Positions 21,334 to 32,830 of a stretch of 64,000 nucleotides of DNA are shown here, in pieces. The first letter of the stretch is position 1, and each line of letters opens with the position of its first letter. The notes under the pieces were generated by a model. It did not search any database, was not told the origin of the DNA, and saw nothing but the letters and a program-made list of their open reading frames with translations. This DNA is from Epithemia pelagica (taxonomy: Eukaryota > Protista > Bacillariophyta): positions 2,542,001-2,606,000 of the forward strand of contig OX337232.1 in the NCBI GenBank assembly GCA_946965045.2, given 5' to 3'. A program made the translations under genes and the position numbers.

Positions 21334-22560
21334 TCACAACAAACAACAACAAACACAAGTGTCATCCTTCCGTTTCGCACGGTCAATATTGGTTGCCGCA
21401 GTGGCATCTCGGATGCGTCCCATTTCTTTCCATTGGTGATACCATCCGTTTGGTTGCTGCTCGCAGAGTCGTTGAAAGCACCACGAATTCTTGTCCATGA
21501 GCGGCAGTGTCAAACAGGTAGAATTCCCTTTTCCACCAATAATGGCAACTTGATTGGCCACAGTCACCATAATGCAGCCATAAAGACGATTTTCTAGTGA
21601 TGGGAGATTCCAAACGCGGTTGCGGTTCGTATCCAATACTTCCACGGTTCGACGAAATCTTCCCGCCACAACCAGACAGGATCCAACCGCAACCCCTGCA
21701 CAAGAAACATAACCTCTTGTCCCGGAAAGCACCGTATCTGAATGAGTCCTCCTCCAAGTAGATGAGAAGGAAATGACTTTATCATCTTTCATTGCCTTTG
21801 TCTTCCTATTCCTCTTCTTCTTCTTTTTGCCGTTAGTCTTTGCAAATTCCAAATACTCCACCGACTCATCCTCACAGCCTCCACCGACAAAGATGCGGTG
21901 GCCAACGACCGCACTGACATACCTCAATCGTGGAACTTTCATAGATGGTCCCGCAGTGACAGTATGATTCCTAGTATCAATAATATCCACCGACGACAAA
22001 CTACGCCTCTTCCAGCCACCCATTACCACAATATATCGATTGTGAACCGCAACAGCACAACATCCATATCGTCCCGGTGATAATCGACATTTCAATGTTG
22101 TCCAATAACTCTCTTGTGTGGTTCTTGTTGTGCAGAACGATTGTAGCAAATCAGTGGAATCAATCCGTTCCATACAATCCAAATCATGTAGTGCTTCTGC
22201 ATTGCGTCCTCCCATCACGTAGATGCTTCCGTTGCACACAACAGCGGCATGATGCTCACGTTTGTGGTTCATGGGTGGCCCTTCTCGCCACTGCTTGTTT
22301 GATTCTGCCAAGTTCAATACAAGAATGGAATCGACGTCGCCTTGACCTGTTTGATATCCACCCAACACGACGACGGTTTGTCTCTTGTGGTCGTTATCGT
22401 TGTCCTGATCGGGATGATTCAGTACGACTGAAGCATGATCGCGACGCCATCCACCCAAAAGAGGAGGCCAATCGGTTTCATTCCATGCTGCTGTCTCGTC
22501 CAAAAGGACAAGGCCCGACTGCCATGCTTGTTCTTGCAGTGTCATGCTCATACGGTTCAT
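21334..22560 (-). CDS. Kelch-repeat beta-propeller protein
   Basis: Repeated VVLGG/YVMGG/VVMGG/FVGGG/AIIGG units with W.EGPPM..KR..HAAV and AGPSM.VPR motifs. Confidence 0.9.
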   Translation of the reverse strand: MNRMSMTLQEQAWQSGLVLLDETAAWNETDWPPLLGGWRRDHASVVLNHPDQDNDNDHKRQTVVVLGGYQTGQGDVDSILVLNLAESNKQWREGPPMNHKREHHAAVVCNGSIYVMGGRNAEALHDLDCMERIDSTDLLQSFCTTRTTQESYWTTLKCRLSPGRYGCCAVAVHNRYIVVMGGWKRRSLSSVDIIDTRNHTVTAGPSMKVPRLRYVSAVVGHRIFVGGGCEDESVEYLEFAKTNGKKKKKRNRKTKAMKDDKVISFSSTWRRTHSDTVLSGTRGYVSCAGVAVGSCLVVAGRFRRTVEVLDTNRNRVWNLPSLENRLYGCIMVTVANQVAIIGGKGNSTCLTLPLMDKNSWCFQRLCEQQPNGWYHQWKEMGRIRDATAATNIDRAKRKDDTCVCCCLL

Positions 22561-22703
22561 TCCAACAGGTAACCGTCGAACAAAAAGTATAATGAGCAAA
22601 TCACGTGGAAGATTATATTGTGGTCATTGAGAGAACGGAAGTGTCTGCTCGTCATAATAGGACTAATGTAATACAATCGAGCAAAGCACGATGGAAATGG
22701 ACA

Positions 22704-25700
22704 AGTCGGAATCAAAGAATTGAGTCGCTCTTCATGTCGTGATCCCGAAGTGGTCGCACATCCAAATCATTGGGATAGAAACCGCATGGGAGGCGGTTAT
22801 AGATCACCTAGATCTTGGATGATTTCGATCTCAACTGGCATAACAACAACTCCCATCTTGGACAACACTCTAGTCGTAACACTCACTCTTTCTAGATCGA
22901 TCATTTTGAAAAGCAATTCGTCTACATTTACATCTCTATTGCTTCTGTGCACGGAAGACTCCATTTGGGCCAATCTAGTGATCCAACATACTAGCTAGTA
23001 TCGGTGATTGCTTTGTTGGTCCCTCTGATGCAAAAGAAAGAGAATCAAGCCTTACGGGAACAAGAAGAATCGAAGAACTGAGTCAAATCGTTGGATTGTT
23101 ACATTGAAATCGGGACAGAACGACCATTACCGCAAAGGTTTGGAATCATTGATCGTGTGTTGTTGTTTGCCAAACTCGTCTAACTCCATTCATCTATCAT
23201 CAAAATCATCATCATGGATATTACAAGCAATGACAAATCAGCAACAGCGGTCAAGGTACCAACTTTCTCCGGGAAGAAGTCGGACTATCCGATCTGGTGG
23301 ATGAGATTCCGTTCTCATGCCCGAGTGTACAATTTCATACAAGCTCTCTCAGAACAGCCTGATCCTGATTTGCCGGGAACAGAAGATGCCGTGATCGACG
23401 AATCAACAGACTCCGGAAAGAAGCAGAAGAAGGCTCTACATCGGAATGCAATGGCGGTATCCTGTCTCAGCATGGCTCTCCAAGCTGATGACGATCTCAA
23501 GCTCGTCATGAAGTCCATCACAGCTGATTGGCCGGGTGGACAAGCTCATATCATCATCAAGGGGTTGAATCGAAATTATACAAGCGAAAACATTGCGGCC
23601 AAGACACGAATCCGACAAGATATCAACAAAATCAACATGACTGATACCATGAATCCCAAGATTCTCCGCAAGAGGATCTCCCAGATAGAGAATCGACACA
23701 ATCACGAGTTGGGTGACGACGATCTTGTCGCCATTGTGATCGAGAAAGCTGCTCCAGTATACAACACCATCGTAGCCGCCGAACAACGAGCCAAAGGAAG
23801 TCAAGTGACGGCCGATGATCTGATCGACGCCATGATGACACAATGGAATCTCCACCATGACGAAGATGACGATGGCGAAGACGGAACGGAATCGAGTCTT
23901 GATAGTGGTGGATTGTCACTTCAAGCCACTCAAGTCGTCAAGAATGCTCCCATTTGTCAAGCCGTTGGATGCACTAACTCCGAGGTCTCCAGTCCTTATG
24001 TGATTTGCAACTTCTGCCAAGAGCCAGGCCATGGATACTACCAATGTCCTTTGCGCCTCAATCAAACCCATCAAGGTACAGCATTGGTTGCTGGACAATA
24101 CCAAGCTCCAAACAATGGACCTCCTCAGCATCAAACATATCGACCAAACACTCCAGGACAGTATCAACAACGCCCATACGATCCCAATCGCCCAAGACCA
24201 TATTGTGAGGATTGTAAAGTGTATGGACATTCGACACATCGATGCTGGGAGAACCCCAAGAATGCACATCTGCGTCCACCGAACTGGACAAGTCGCCGTC
24301 AACAACAACAAGCTCCACAAGAACCACCACCACAACAGACTCCAATTCCCAATGGAACACAAGATATTGCCACTGTTGTTGCATCAAATTTGACCGGTCC
24401 TCCTGTGAACACCAATAGCGCCACGACTGCTAATCCTTCTCAAGGCACTCATGTTGAAGCGCTTTTAAGCGGAATCGAGTTCCCTTCCGACATTCAGATC
24501 TTGCGTGATCCGAATATCTGGATCGCTGATACTGGCGCAACCCAACACATGACATCCCATGCACAAGGGATGATCAACCTCCACAAACCTGTTAATCCCA
24601 TCGGATTGGTGATGGCCAATGATACAACCGAAACTGCTTCGTTGATTGGTGATTTGCCTGGTATTCGTTGCGATAAACATGGCCACGAAGTCGGCCCAGC
24701 TCGTCTGACTGGTGTGAATCTTCTTCCGTCGGCTGCCTTCAACCTTTTCAGCGTGTCGAAAATGCTGAAGCAAGGTTGGTCTCTGTCTGGATCATCGGAG
24801 AAAATCGTCATCAGCAAAGGTCAGATGCATGTTGAGTTCGATATCGTCATTCCCACTCCAGATGGCATGATTTTCTGCATGTACTTACGTCGTGACACCA
24901 GCAAGACACATCAAGAAATCATCGGCGCGGTACCCAATGTCAACTTCCCAACAAAACGCAACATCATGACACAGCAGCAAGCACATGACCGTCTTGGCCA
25001 CATCGGCAATCATCAACTCAAGGCCATCATGGATCATCTTGGATTCACTCTTGACTCATCTCCAATGGACCAATGTGCCGCATGTGCAGCCGGAAAGGCA
25101 CGTCGAAAGAACTTTCCTCGATCCAAGTCGAAAACCAAACTTGACGACGATTATGATCCGAGCCAAAATCTTGCCGTGAATCGTGTGTATCTTGACATGA
25201 GTTCTGTCCGTCGTACGCCTTCGATGCCATACCCCAAGAAATACCAGTGGTGTATGATAGTACATGGAAAGACCCAACTAAAATTCTCATCTTTTCATTC
25301 CTCAAAGAACGCAATGGTCGAACCCGTTTGCGAATTGTTTCAACGATGGGCATCCAATGGATTGGGTGTGACACATGTCCGACTTGACAATGCCGGTGAG
25401 AACATTCTTCTACAGTCTCGAGCACAGTCTGCTGCGTGGAAATTGGGCATCGAGTTCGAGTTCACCGCGCGCAATACTCCCCAGCAGAACTCCCTAGCGG
25501 AAGTTAGCATCTCTACCATTGCTATGCGTGGACGAGCTATGATGCATCGAGCTAACCTGCCTTTGGAATATCGCAATTTATTGTGGACTACAGCCTTCGA
25601 TACTGCGACTTTATTAGATGGACTCGTCGTCATTGAGATCAATGGTGTTTCTCAGACTCGGTATGAACATTGGTGTGGTCAACTTCCAAAATTCGCCCAT

Positions 25701-28700
25701 CATCTTCGCACATGGGGAGAGGCCGGAACTGTCAAGGTCGCCACAGACACCTCAAAGAAGCTGAATGACCGTGGAGCCCATTGTCTCTTTGTGGGCTATT
25801 GTAAGGATCATGCAGGCGATGTATATCGAATGTTCAATCCAACCACCAAAATGGTCCATATGACTCGAGATGTGGTTTGGCTTCGCCGCATGTATTTTGT
25901 TCCTCCTCCAAGTGTGCCCCATCTCATGGTTAGTCCAGTTGTTGACCCAAGTACTTATGCCGACCATGAAGACCTACCATTAATCGATGACAATGCTCCA
26001 TTTATTGAAATGCTTGAAGACAACAACGCCCAACCAAAGACAGACGCGATCGAGCCCGAATCCAATGCACCCATGGAGATTGAACGACCGACTGTCGAAA
26101 CCATCAATCAAGCCGACGATGCCGACGATAATGTCAGCGTGATGACGTCTGCAACTCCTCGTCGCGAGCAAGTCACTCGCACAGGACGACATGTTCGACC
26201 TCCGAAGCGACTGATTGAAGAATATGCATGTGCTGGCATCGATTTCAGCCGATTGCAACTGAGTAGCGCCGAGGTGCGGTATTATCAAGCTATGTCATCT
26301 TTGGGACATGAAGATGCCGATTTTGATTTCGCTCCTCTAGCTTCTGACGTTCGACACGGCTATCAACATGCCGACATGTATCGAGCTCCTGTATTTCATG
26401 ATGATGCCCCTCTGATCTCCAATGATATCAGTGATGCCTTTCTGTCTACTGATGTCGATCCCGACTATCAAGCTCCTACCTTTCCGATTGACAGTATTGC
26501 CTCAGGATATAGCACAAACTCTACAACGCTTGCACAGGAATGTGCCCTAGTGGGTGCAGGTCTAGGCGGTGGAATCCAGAATACTAAAGAGTTACACGTC
26601 CTGTCCTACGAAGAAGCCATCAATGGTCCTGAACGTGACCAGTGGCTTGAGTCCATTGAAAAAGAGTATCAGCGCATGATTGACAACGGTGTGTTTATTC
26701 CGTGTGCTCCGGAAGATGTCCCTGTCGGAGCTAAGATTCTGAGTAATGTTTGGGCCATGAAGAAGAAGGCGAACGGCACTTTTCGTGCTCGTCTTAACGC
26801 CCGCGGCTATGAACAGGTCGACGGCGAACATTACGACAGTCATGCGACGTTTGCTCCTGTCGCGTCCGAGATGACCATCATGATCATTCTTGTTCTGATC
26901 ATCATTGCGAATTGGGTGGTCCATATTATGGACGTCAAGGGCGCTTTTCTCCTCGGCGATTTTGAAAAGGACCGCAAGATGTGGATGACCATTCCGAAAG
27001 GAATGGAATCCAAATATCCGCCCGGTTGGTTGGTGTTTCTGGGAAAGACTCTCTACGGAACCAAGCAAGCCGCTCGAGCCTTTTGGAATAAGGTTCAGGT
27101 CGTGATGCAGCTCATTGGATTTCTTCGCAATCGCGCAGACCCTTGTCTTTATTTCGCCTGGACTACGTTCGGATTAGTGATTTGGCTGTCATGGGTCGAT
27201 GACTTTTTGATTTGTGGCTCTGAAGCCGGTGTCCACCATTCAAAGGAAGCAATGAAGGCCCATTTCGACTGTGATGATTGTGGTCCTATGACCGAATATA
27301 TTGGGTGCAAGATTGACATCGATCGGACCAATCGCCAGAGCAAGTTGAGTCAGCCCGTGTTGTTGAAGAGCTTTCACGATGAGTTTGACGTACCGATTCC
27401 TTCACAGCCGTATACAACTCCTGCAGCACCTGGAGAAGTTCTTCGCAATGACGATGGATCCCCCAGTTTGACTTCCAAGCAGCAGTCTCTCTATCGTAGC
27501 GGAGTTGGAAAGTTGTTGCATCTTATGAAATGGACTCGACCAGATATTTTGAACTCCGTCCGTGAATTGTCGAAGTTTATGAAACAAGCAACGGAGAACC
27601 ACCTCAAGGCAATGTACCGCGTCATGCGGTATTGTATGGACACTTCTGAGCGCAGTAAAACACTCCGTCCGGTTGGTTGTTGGGATGGTCGCAAGGACAG
27701 TCTTGACTTTGTCATCCGTGGTATCAGTGACTCCGATTTTGCCAAGGATCCCGAACGCCGCCACAGCGTATCTGGTATTTCAGTTTTCTTGCAAGATGCT
27801 CCCATATCTGAATCTAGCCGTATGCAAGACTGTGTGACTCTATCCGTGAGTGAAGCCGAAATTGTTGCAGCCGTTGAAACAGGTCAGAGGATGTTGTTTG
27901 GAATGCGCGTACTGGAACAGATGGGACTTACCGTTGCCAAACCCATGATTCTACACATGGATTGCAAAGGAGCTCTTGCATTGACACACTCATGGAGTGT
28001 GGGCGGTCGTACTCGCCATATTGATGTGAAGTGGCATTTTTTGCGTGAGATGAAGGAAGAAGGACTCATTCATACAGTATGGGTCCACTCACCTGACAAC
28101 AGCGCCGATCTTTTCACCAAGAATTTGTCTGGTCCTGACTTCAAGCGTCACAGTCTCGTCTATTGCTCCGATCTTGATCCCAACGTTCAGGCCGATGACG
28201 ATCCCACAAACACTGCCAGTGATCTTCCATGCGCTCACGTTGAACCCATAGCTGGATCCGAAACCGCATTGATGGTCCATCAAGGCCCGATTCCATATTG
28301 GATTCAATCCTTTCTTCGCTCTCAATCGACTTCCAAGTGACCAAGCCCATTCATCCTCATACCACCACAGTGAAACGCGTCATCTTCATCGATAGCATCT
28401 GCCCTGAACTGCAATCTCAACACAAAACCAAAATAACATCAGAATCCAACAAAATCCAACAACAACATCAACAACAAATAATCATCATCATCATCATCAT
28501 CATCACATACCGACAATAACAAACACATCGAAGTCAGGCAGGGTATCTTTCAACGCACACGCAACACAGTTCTCACATCATTCTGCATTCGTCAAAATTT
28601 ATGGCATCAATGACATTCGAGCGACACAATTAGGCAGGGTGTCGGAATCAAAGAATTGAGTCGCTCTTCATGTCGTGATCCCGAAGTGGTCGCACATCCA

Positions 28701-28924
28701 AATCATTGGGATAGAAACCGCATGGGAGGCGGTTATAGATCACCTAGATCTTGGATGATTTCGATCTCAACTGGCATAACAACAACTCCCATCTTGGACA
28801 ACACTCTAGTCGTAACACTCACTCTTTCTAGATCGATCATTTTGAAAAGCAATTCGTCTACATTTACATCTCTATTGCTTCTGTGCACGGAAGACTCCAT
28901 TTGGGCCAATCTAGTGATCCAACA
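22704..28924 (+). mobile_element. Full-length Ty1/Copia LTR retrotransposon, 6,221 bp, nested in the giant element
   Basis: 285-bp LTRs 22704-22988 and 28640-28924, apparently identical except the first base (AG vs TG); purine tract AGGCAGGG before the 3' LTR; single intact gag-pol; no TSD. Confidence 0.95.
23214..28340 (+). CDS. Copia Gag-Pol polyprotein, 1,708 aa, catalytic motifs intact
   Basis: Two CCHC knuckles, protease WIADTGAT, HDRLGH...CAAC, integrase (YLDM, RLDNAGEN, PQQNSLAE), RT (MDVKGAFL, WVDD), RNase H (SDSDFA, SEAE, MDCKGA, ADLFTK). Confidence 0.96.
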   Translation: MDITSNDKSATAVKVPTFSGKKSDYPIWWMRFRSHARVYNFIQALSEQPDPDLPGTEDAVIDESTDSGKKQKKALHRNAMAVSCLSMALQADDDLKLVMKSITADWPGGQAHIIIKGLNRNYTSENIAAKTRIRQDINKINMTDTMNPKILRKRISQIENRHNHELGDDDLVAIVIEKAAPVYNTIVAAEQRAKGSQVTADDLIDAMMTQWNLHHDEDDDGEDGTESSLDSGGLSLQATQVVKNAPICQAVGCTNSEVSSPYVICNFCQEPGHGYYQCPLRLNQTHQGTALVAGQYQAPNNGPPQHQTYRPNTPGQYQQRPYDPNRPRPYCEDCKVYGHSTHRCWENPKNAHLRPPNWTSRRQQQQAPQEPPPQQTPIPNGTQDIATVVASNLTGPPVNTNSATTANPSQGTHVEALLSGIEFPSDIQILRDPNIWIADTGATQHMTSHAQGMINLHKPVNPIGLVMANDTTETASLIGDLPGIRCDKHGHEVGPARLTGVNLLPSAAFNLFSVSKMLKQGWSLSGSSEKIVISKGQMHVEFDIVIPTPDGMIFCMYLRRDTSKTHQEIIGAVPNVNFPTKRNIMTQQQAHDRLGHIGNHQLKAIMDHLGFTLDSSPMDQCAACAAGKARRKNFPRSKSKTKLDDDYDPSQNLAVNRVYLDMSSVRRTPSMPYPKKYQWCMIVHGKTQLKFSSFHSSKNAMVEPVCELFQRWASNGLGVTHVRLDNAGENILLQSRAQSAAWKLGIEFEFTARNTPQQNSLAEVSISTIAMRGRAMMHRANLPLEYRNLLWTTAFDTATLLDGLVVIEINGVSQTRYEHWCGQLPKFAHHLRTWGEAGTVKVATDTSKKLNDRGAHCLFVGYCKDHAGDVYRMFNPTTKMVHMTRDVVWLRRMYFVPPPSVPHLMVSPVVDPSTYADHEDLPLIDDNAPFIEMLEDNNAQPKTDAIEPESNAPMEIERPTVETINQADDADDNVSVMTSATPRREQVTRTGRHVRPPKRLIEEYACAGIDFSRLQLSSAEVRYYQAMSSLGHEDADFDFAPLASDVRHGYQHADMYRAPVFHDDAPLISNDISDAFLSTDVDPDYQAPTFPIDSIASGYSTNSTTLAQECALVGAGLGGGIQNTKELHVLSYEEAINGPERDQWLESIEKEYQRMIDNGVFIPCAPEDVPVGAKILSNVWAMKKKANGTFRARLNARGYEQVDGEHYDSHATFAPVASEMTIMIILVLIIIANWVVHIMDVKGAFLLGDFEKDRKMWMTIPKGMESKYPPGWLVFLGKTLYGTKQAARAFWNKVQVVMQLIGFLRNRADPCLYFAWTTFGLVIWLSWVDDFLICGSEAGVHHSKEAMKAHFDCDDCGPMTEYIGCKIDIDRTNRQSKLSQPVLLKSFHDEFDVPIPSQPYTTPAAPGEVLRNDDGSPSLTSKQQSLYRSGVGKLLHLMKWTRPDILNSVRELSKFMKQATENHLKAMYRVMRYCMDTSERSKTLRPVGCWDGRKDSLDFVIRGISDSDFAKDPERRHSVSGISVFLQDAPISESSRMQDCVTLSVSEAEIVAAVETGQRMLFGMRVLEQMGLTVAKPMILHMDCKGALALTHSWSVGGRTRHIDVKWHFLREMKEEGLIHTVWVHSPDNSADLFTKNLSGPDFKRHSLVYCSDLDPNVQADDDPTNTASDLPCAHVEPIAGSETALMVHQGPIPYWIQSFLRSQSTSK

Positions 28925-29122
28925 AATTGGCTTATTTCCGGGTTCGCGCACGCTACCCTCGTAGGAGTATATAGGTGTAAAACCTCATACTCCTAGCAAC
29001 AAAACTGGGTAGAAGTACTCTTGAGAATATGAATGGATGTGAATACTCCTAACTTTGAAACTGCAGCTGTCACAATAGAATATACATTTGTTTTCCCTCT
29101 AGGCACCATAATGCCATCTATC

Positions 29123-29697
29123 TTACTTTGCTTTCTTGGTCGTCGTCGTCGTCTTCTTTTTAAGTACCCGTGCTTTGCGAAGGAGAGTCTCCAAGTCATC
29201 GGATTGCGCCAATTGTCCCAATTCCCGACATCCACCACTCCATATGCCTCCACTGAACACCATTGGGAGACTGGTGGCACCCGATTCCCCTTCCTTGGCC
29301 AATTCGACTCGCACGGCGGATTCTTGGCCTCCCCACAATAAGAACCATTCGGCACCCAATTCCTTTTGGACAAAGTCGTATCCCGTCGATTCCAAGAGTT
29401 GGACCGCTTCACTACGAAAGGGACTTCATCCATAAGTATAAATCAACGCCTGATTCTGTTTCTTCTTGTCGGCTTGGAGTTGGGCCACGGCCGCTTGTGG
29501 ATCTTTCTCCGATCCCAACCGAGTGGCCTGAATCCCAGCTTGTGCCTTGAATCCGTATGTGTGTCGCAACAAATGCATTCCTTGTGCGGCCTTTTGAATC
29601 ACGGGATTGGGAGCGTACGCATGGGTCGCAGAGACTGAGAAGATCAGAGACACCAAAGGGCCGCCACGACGGCACTCATACTCACGAACACAGCCAT
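29123..29697 (-). pseudogene. Glutaredoxin-like pseudogene with a plastid-type presequence
   Basis: LIYTYG*SPFRSEAVQLLESTGY...GATSLPMVFSGG...GGCRELGQL...LETLL: Grx fold with an in-frame TGA at 29426-29428 and a frameshift in the signal peptide. Confidence 0.78.
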
Positions 29698-29963
29698 TGT
29701 GCTACGACTGACGAATCTTTGATTGTTTACTTGTAGGAGTAAATACCATGAATTGGCCATAGCTATGCATACTATCTTCTACCCAGCAGAGGTGACTTAG
29801 AGTCACGCCTCGTAAGGTTATAGATTATTGCATCGAGTATACTGACCCAACTGCGACTTGGACCACTTCCGCTGGGGAATACCAATCGTTTCATCCGACT
29901 CGTTTCCCGACCGACGGACTGACGGTGGCCGCAGATGGTTTGGGTGACATATAATATGTGCGC

Positions 29964-32235
29964 TGTTGTGGCAAGATCAGGAAACGGTAGGAGTCGACCA
30001 AAAGGCGACTGGCGAGAAGGCGAAAGAAGATGCAGATTGGATCTTGGTGAAGCGACGTGGCCAAAGAAAAGCAACGCAAACGAAACAAGAAGAAGCTCAT
30101 TCTAAGGAGAATACGTAGTTCGATAAGCCTATAAAGAGTTGCTTTTACGGCACGGCTTGTTTGAGTTTCAACATGTTCTCCTTAGAAAATAACCATTACA
30201 TTCACTCAGTTTTTGCCGTGAACTACACTGCATGAGCGAAGAGTCAGCAAGTTCAAGAGTAAAGAATCTACTAACTCAACTGGCCGAACTCGCTATTGCC
30301 GAACAAGACAGTTTACGTGCGGTTGAAGTTCGTTACCAAGAGAATCACCGTCGCAAGGAACGTCAGCACTGCGAAGCGGTCGCTGCTCTTGAACAGCAGT
30401 GGGAGATTACCAGGGATAACGATTACGACGAGTGCGAGATCCGGAAGCAGATCATCTTCGAAGATACGCAGGCAAAACGAGAACGTTTGTTGGCGGAAGT
30501 GAAGCAAGCCGAAGAAACACAACTCCCAAGCACTTGTGTGGCCACCTATCCTGAACACAGTGAGGCAGCCAATCCTGAAGAACCAGATCCAAGAACAGCT
30601 ACACCAGTCGAGACGCCACAGAGTGAGATTCCTGTTGCCCTTGTGGACGTAATTAGGGAAACCGCAGACGGTCAAATCGAGACTGAAACCAACTACCCAA
30701 GGATCCCTTCGCAACGAGGAGTAGCCCCAAAGTGGATTCCAAAAGGAACACGTGTGTGGATCCTCAATCCGTTAAAGCTCAAGGACGCTATCCCCAGGAC
30801 CCATTTACAAGGCACTGTCTCTCGTCACGGGTCACTTCGTGAAGATCTGGAACCCAGTGACAAATCGCCACGAGGAGCATCGAAGGCACCGCGAGAGCCT
30901 AGCCATCATTGAATAATGTCTTCGTCGCAAACAGGATCACAAGCGCGGCCCGATACCGTTGGATCCAATTCTCGCAACAGTGGTCAAGGTAGTCATATAG
31001 GACGTGGCCGTGGGAGAGGTGGACGAGGAGGACGTTCACAACACAGCCAAAACACTGGCCAACAATCAAACAAGTTTCACGGGCAAGAGCCCACCCTCAA
31101 AGAGTGTACGTTTGATTACACAGAAGATCCGCAATCGCGGCGATATTTGAGGAACGTGGAACTCCTCATTGGCTATGTCGGCAACACCTTCACCCGACAT
31201 AATCGACAATACCAACAAGCGCTTGAGGACCTGGAGTTAAAGGACCCAGACAAGCCAGAAATCCCTAAGGATACGAAGGACATCATCCAAGTCGAAGAAT
31301 GGAAAATGGCGTCCAAGGCAAGAGAAGAACAAGTAATGGCCTACGAGAACTTCAGGGCAGCTTTTTATAGCGTCATCTGGGGCCAGTGTACGCCCCTCAT
31401 GAAGGACAAATTACAGGCCAAGGAATCCTACAACACCATCAAGAGCAGCCGAGACGGCATTGCCTTACTTAGTCTGATCAAGGAGACTACATTCACGTTT
31501 GATTCGGGTAGAATCTACAAGCTGGTTGGACGCGATAAGCTGAAAGAGGACTTCTACTCCTTAAAGCGTCGCAACAATCAAAGTATGCATAGCTACTACG
31601 AAGTCTTCCGAGCAAAAGTCAAAGTGCTACAAGAGGCCGGTGTGAAACTTTATGACACAGACCTGGTAAAGTACATTGCCAAAGGGCACAAACGCGAAGA
31701 CACACCTACAGCCGAAGACTTCGAGGAAGCACAAGAACGATGCATTGCAATTCGGTTCATTCGTTCCTGCGGGAATAAAGAATACGAAGCTCATTTACAG
31801 AACATGTTTCTGGATGGACATGCAGCATATCCAGCGTCCTTAGCTGATGCTCGCGCCATTATCGACACCCGAATGACGAGCAAAAACAAACAAGATCCTA
31901 CACCGCAAGGACAGCAACCAGACAATGCAACCGGAGTCGCCTACGCCACTCACGAAGCTGCCACGACCGACAGTACCACGTCTACGATCACCAATAGTCA
32001 AGATGGGGTCAGCCAAAATAACGGTAACAGTAATGGAGGTGGGAACAACAGGCAGACTGATGATCCAGGAGATGTTCATGAAACCTCACCCGAATGTGTT
32101 TTCTCTTCTCATTCCCAGGCTAGCACCATCCCAACAGATTGGTTGTTGCTCGACAACCAGTCAACTGTAGACATCATTCACGATAAAAAACTCTTAAAAA
32201 ACATTCACACCTCCGACAATCCAATCGTGCGAATT
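29964..32235 (+). mobile_element. 3'-truncated Copia element related to element 1 (5' LTR 29964-30173, extra ORF, gag, start of protease)
   Basis: 210-bp TGTT...TTCAACA LTR similar to element 1 LTR; gag closely similar to element 1 gag; sequence breaks just after WLLLDNQSTV. Confidence 0.88.
30232..30912 (+). CDS. Extra ORF upstream of gag (226 aa), homologue of 8268-8870
   Basis: Shared LRAV..RY and V.(V/I)L.P.KL...LQGTV.R motifs; stop 3 nt before the gag ATG. Confidence 0.72.
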   Translation: MSEESASSRVKNLLTQLAELAIAEQDSLRAVEVRYQENHRRKERQHCEAVAALEQQWEITRDNDYDECEIRKQIIFEDTQAKRERLLAEVKQAEETQLPSTCVATYPEHSEAANPEEPDPRTATPVETPQSEIPVALVDVIRETADGQIETETNYPRIPSQRGVAPKWIPKGTRVWILNPLKLKDAIPRTHLQGTVSRHGSLREDLEPSDKSPRGASKAPREPSHH

Positions 32236-32250
32236 CGGGTCAATTCCTGA
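30916..32250 (+). pseudogene. Truncated Copia gag-protease
   Basis: GRG-rich N-terminus, KFHGQEPTLK...RRYLRNVELLIGY, EAHLQNMFLDG; ends shortly after the protease active site. Confidence 0.88.
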
Positions 32251-32830
32251 CTTTGTCTTCGATGAACATCGATGAAGCGCTCCTACGTTGGTTGGTGCAC
32301 GGAAGCGTTCATGTGCCCGTCATAGGTTCAACTTACTGCCAATTTGCGTGGAAGCTACTCTCTAATGTCCCGCCTGGTAGTTGATCTCCAGGATTCGAAG
32401 TTCCCTGTCAAAAACATGTGGTGACAAAAAGTACCACAATGTGTGGCTACGAGTATAAGATAAAATGTACGCCGAACCCTACAATAGAACTTCCGGAAGT
32501 TCGGGGGGGGTGGTTCTTTGCGATTCCTCAGGGAACGTTTTCCTCAGAACACCACTAAACCTCCGCGACGTACAGACGTCGCTAGAGACTGACAAATTGT
32601 CACCAATGGGTTCACCGACAGCTACCACTGACAAATAAAGATGCGACTGCCACGTTGGATTTATTGCAGACGCGCACAGGTTGAAAGTGTGTCTGAAGCC
32701 GCGACCAAGACTACAAACGTAACAAAAGACACTTCGAGTTTTGTCTCACAAAAATTCCTCTTTTGCCCCAGAAAACAACAAAGATAAACTCAAACACCAG
32801 GACTGCATCTACCGACAACACTGCACTCTC

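Noticed and set aside
22989-23000. Self-priming site in Copia element 2
   Set aside because: The post-LTR sequence TACTAGCTAGTA is a palindrome but has no long complement in the LTR, and CTAG-rich motifs are common in this window's intergenic DNA.
3229-28340. Both Copia ORFs are listed as exactly 1,708 aa
   Set aside because: Coincidence: the proteins belong to different families and element 1 more plausibly starts at ATG 8265 (1,678 aa).
29426-29428. Selenocysteine UGA in the glutaredoxin-like gene
   Set aside because: The TGA aligns one residue before the first CPxC-equivalent position, and the gene also has a frameshift; ordinary decay is simpler.
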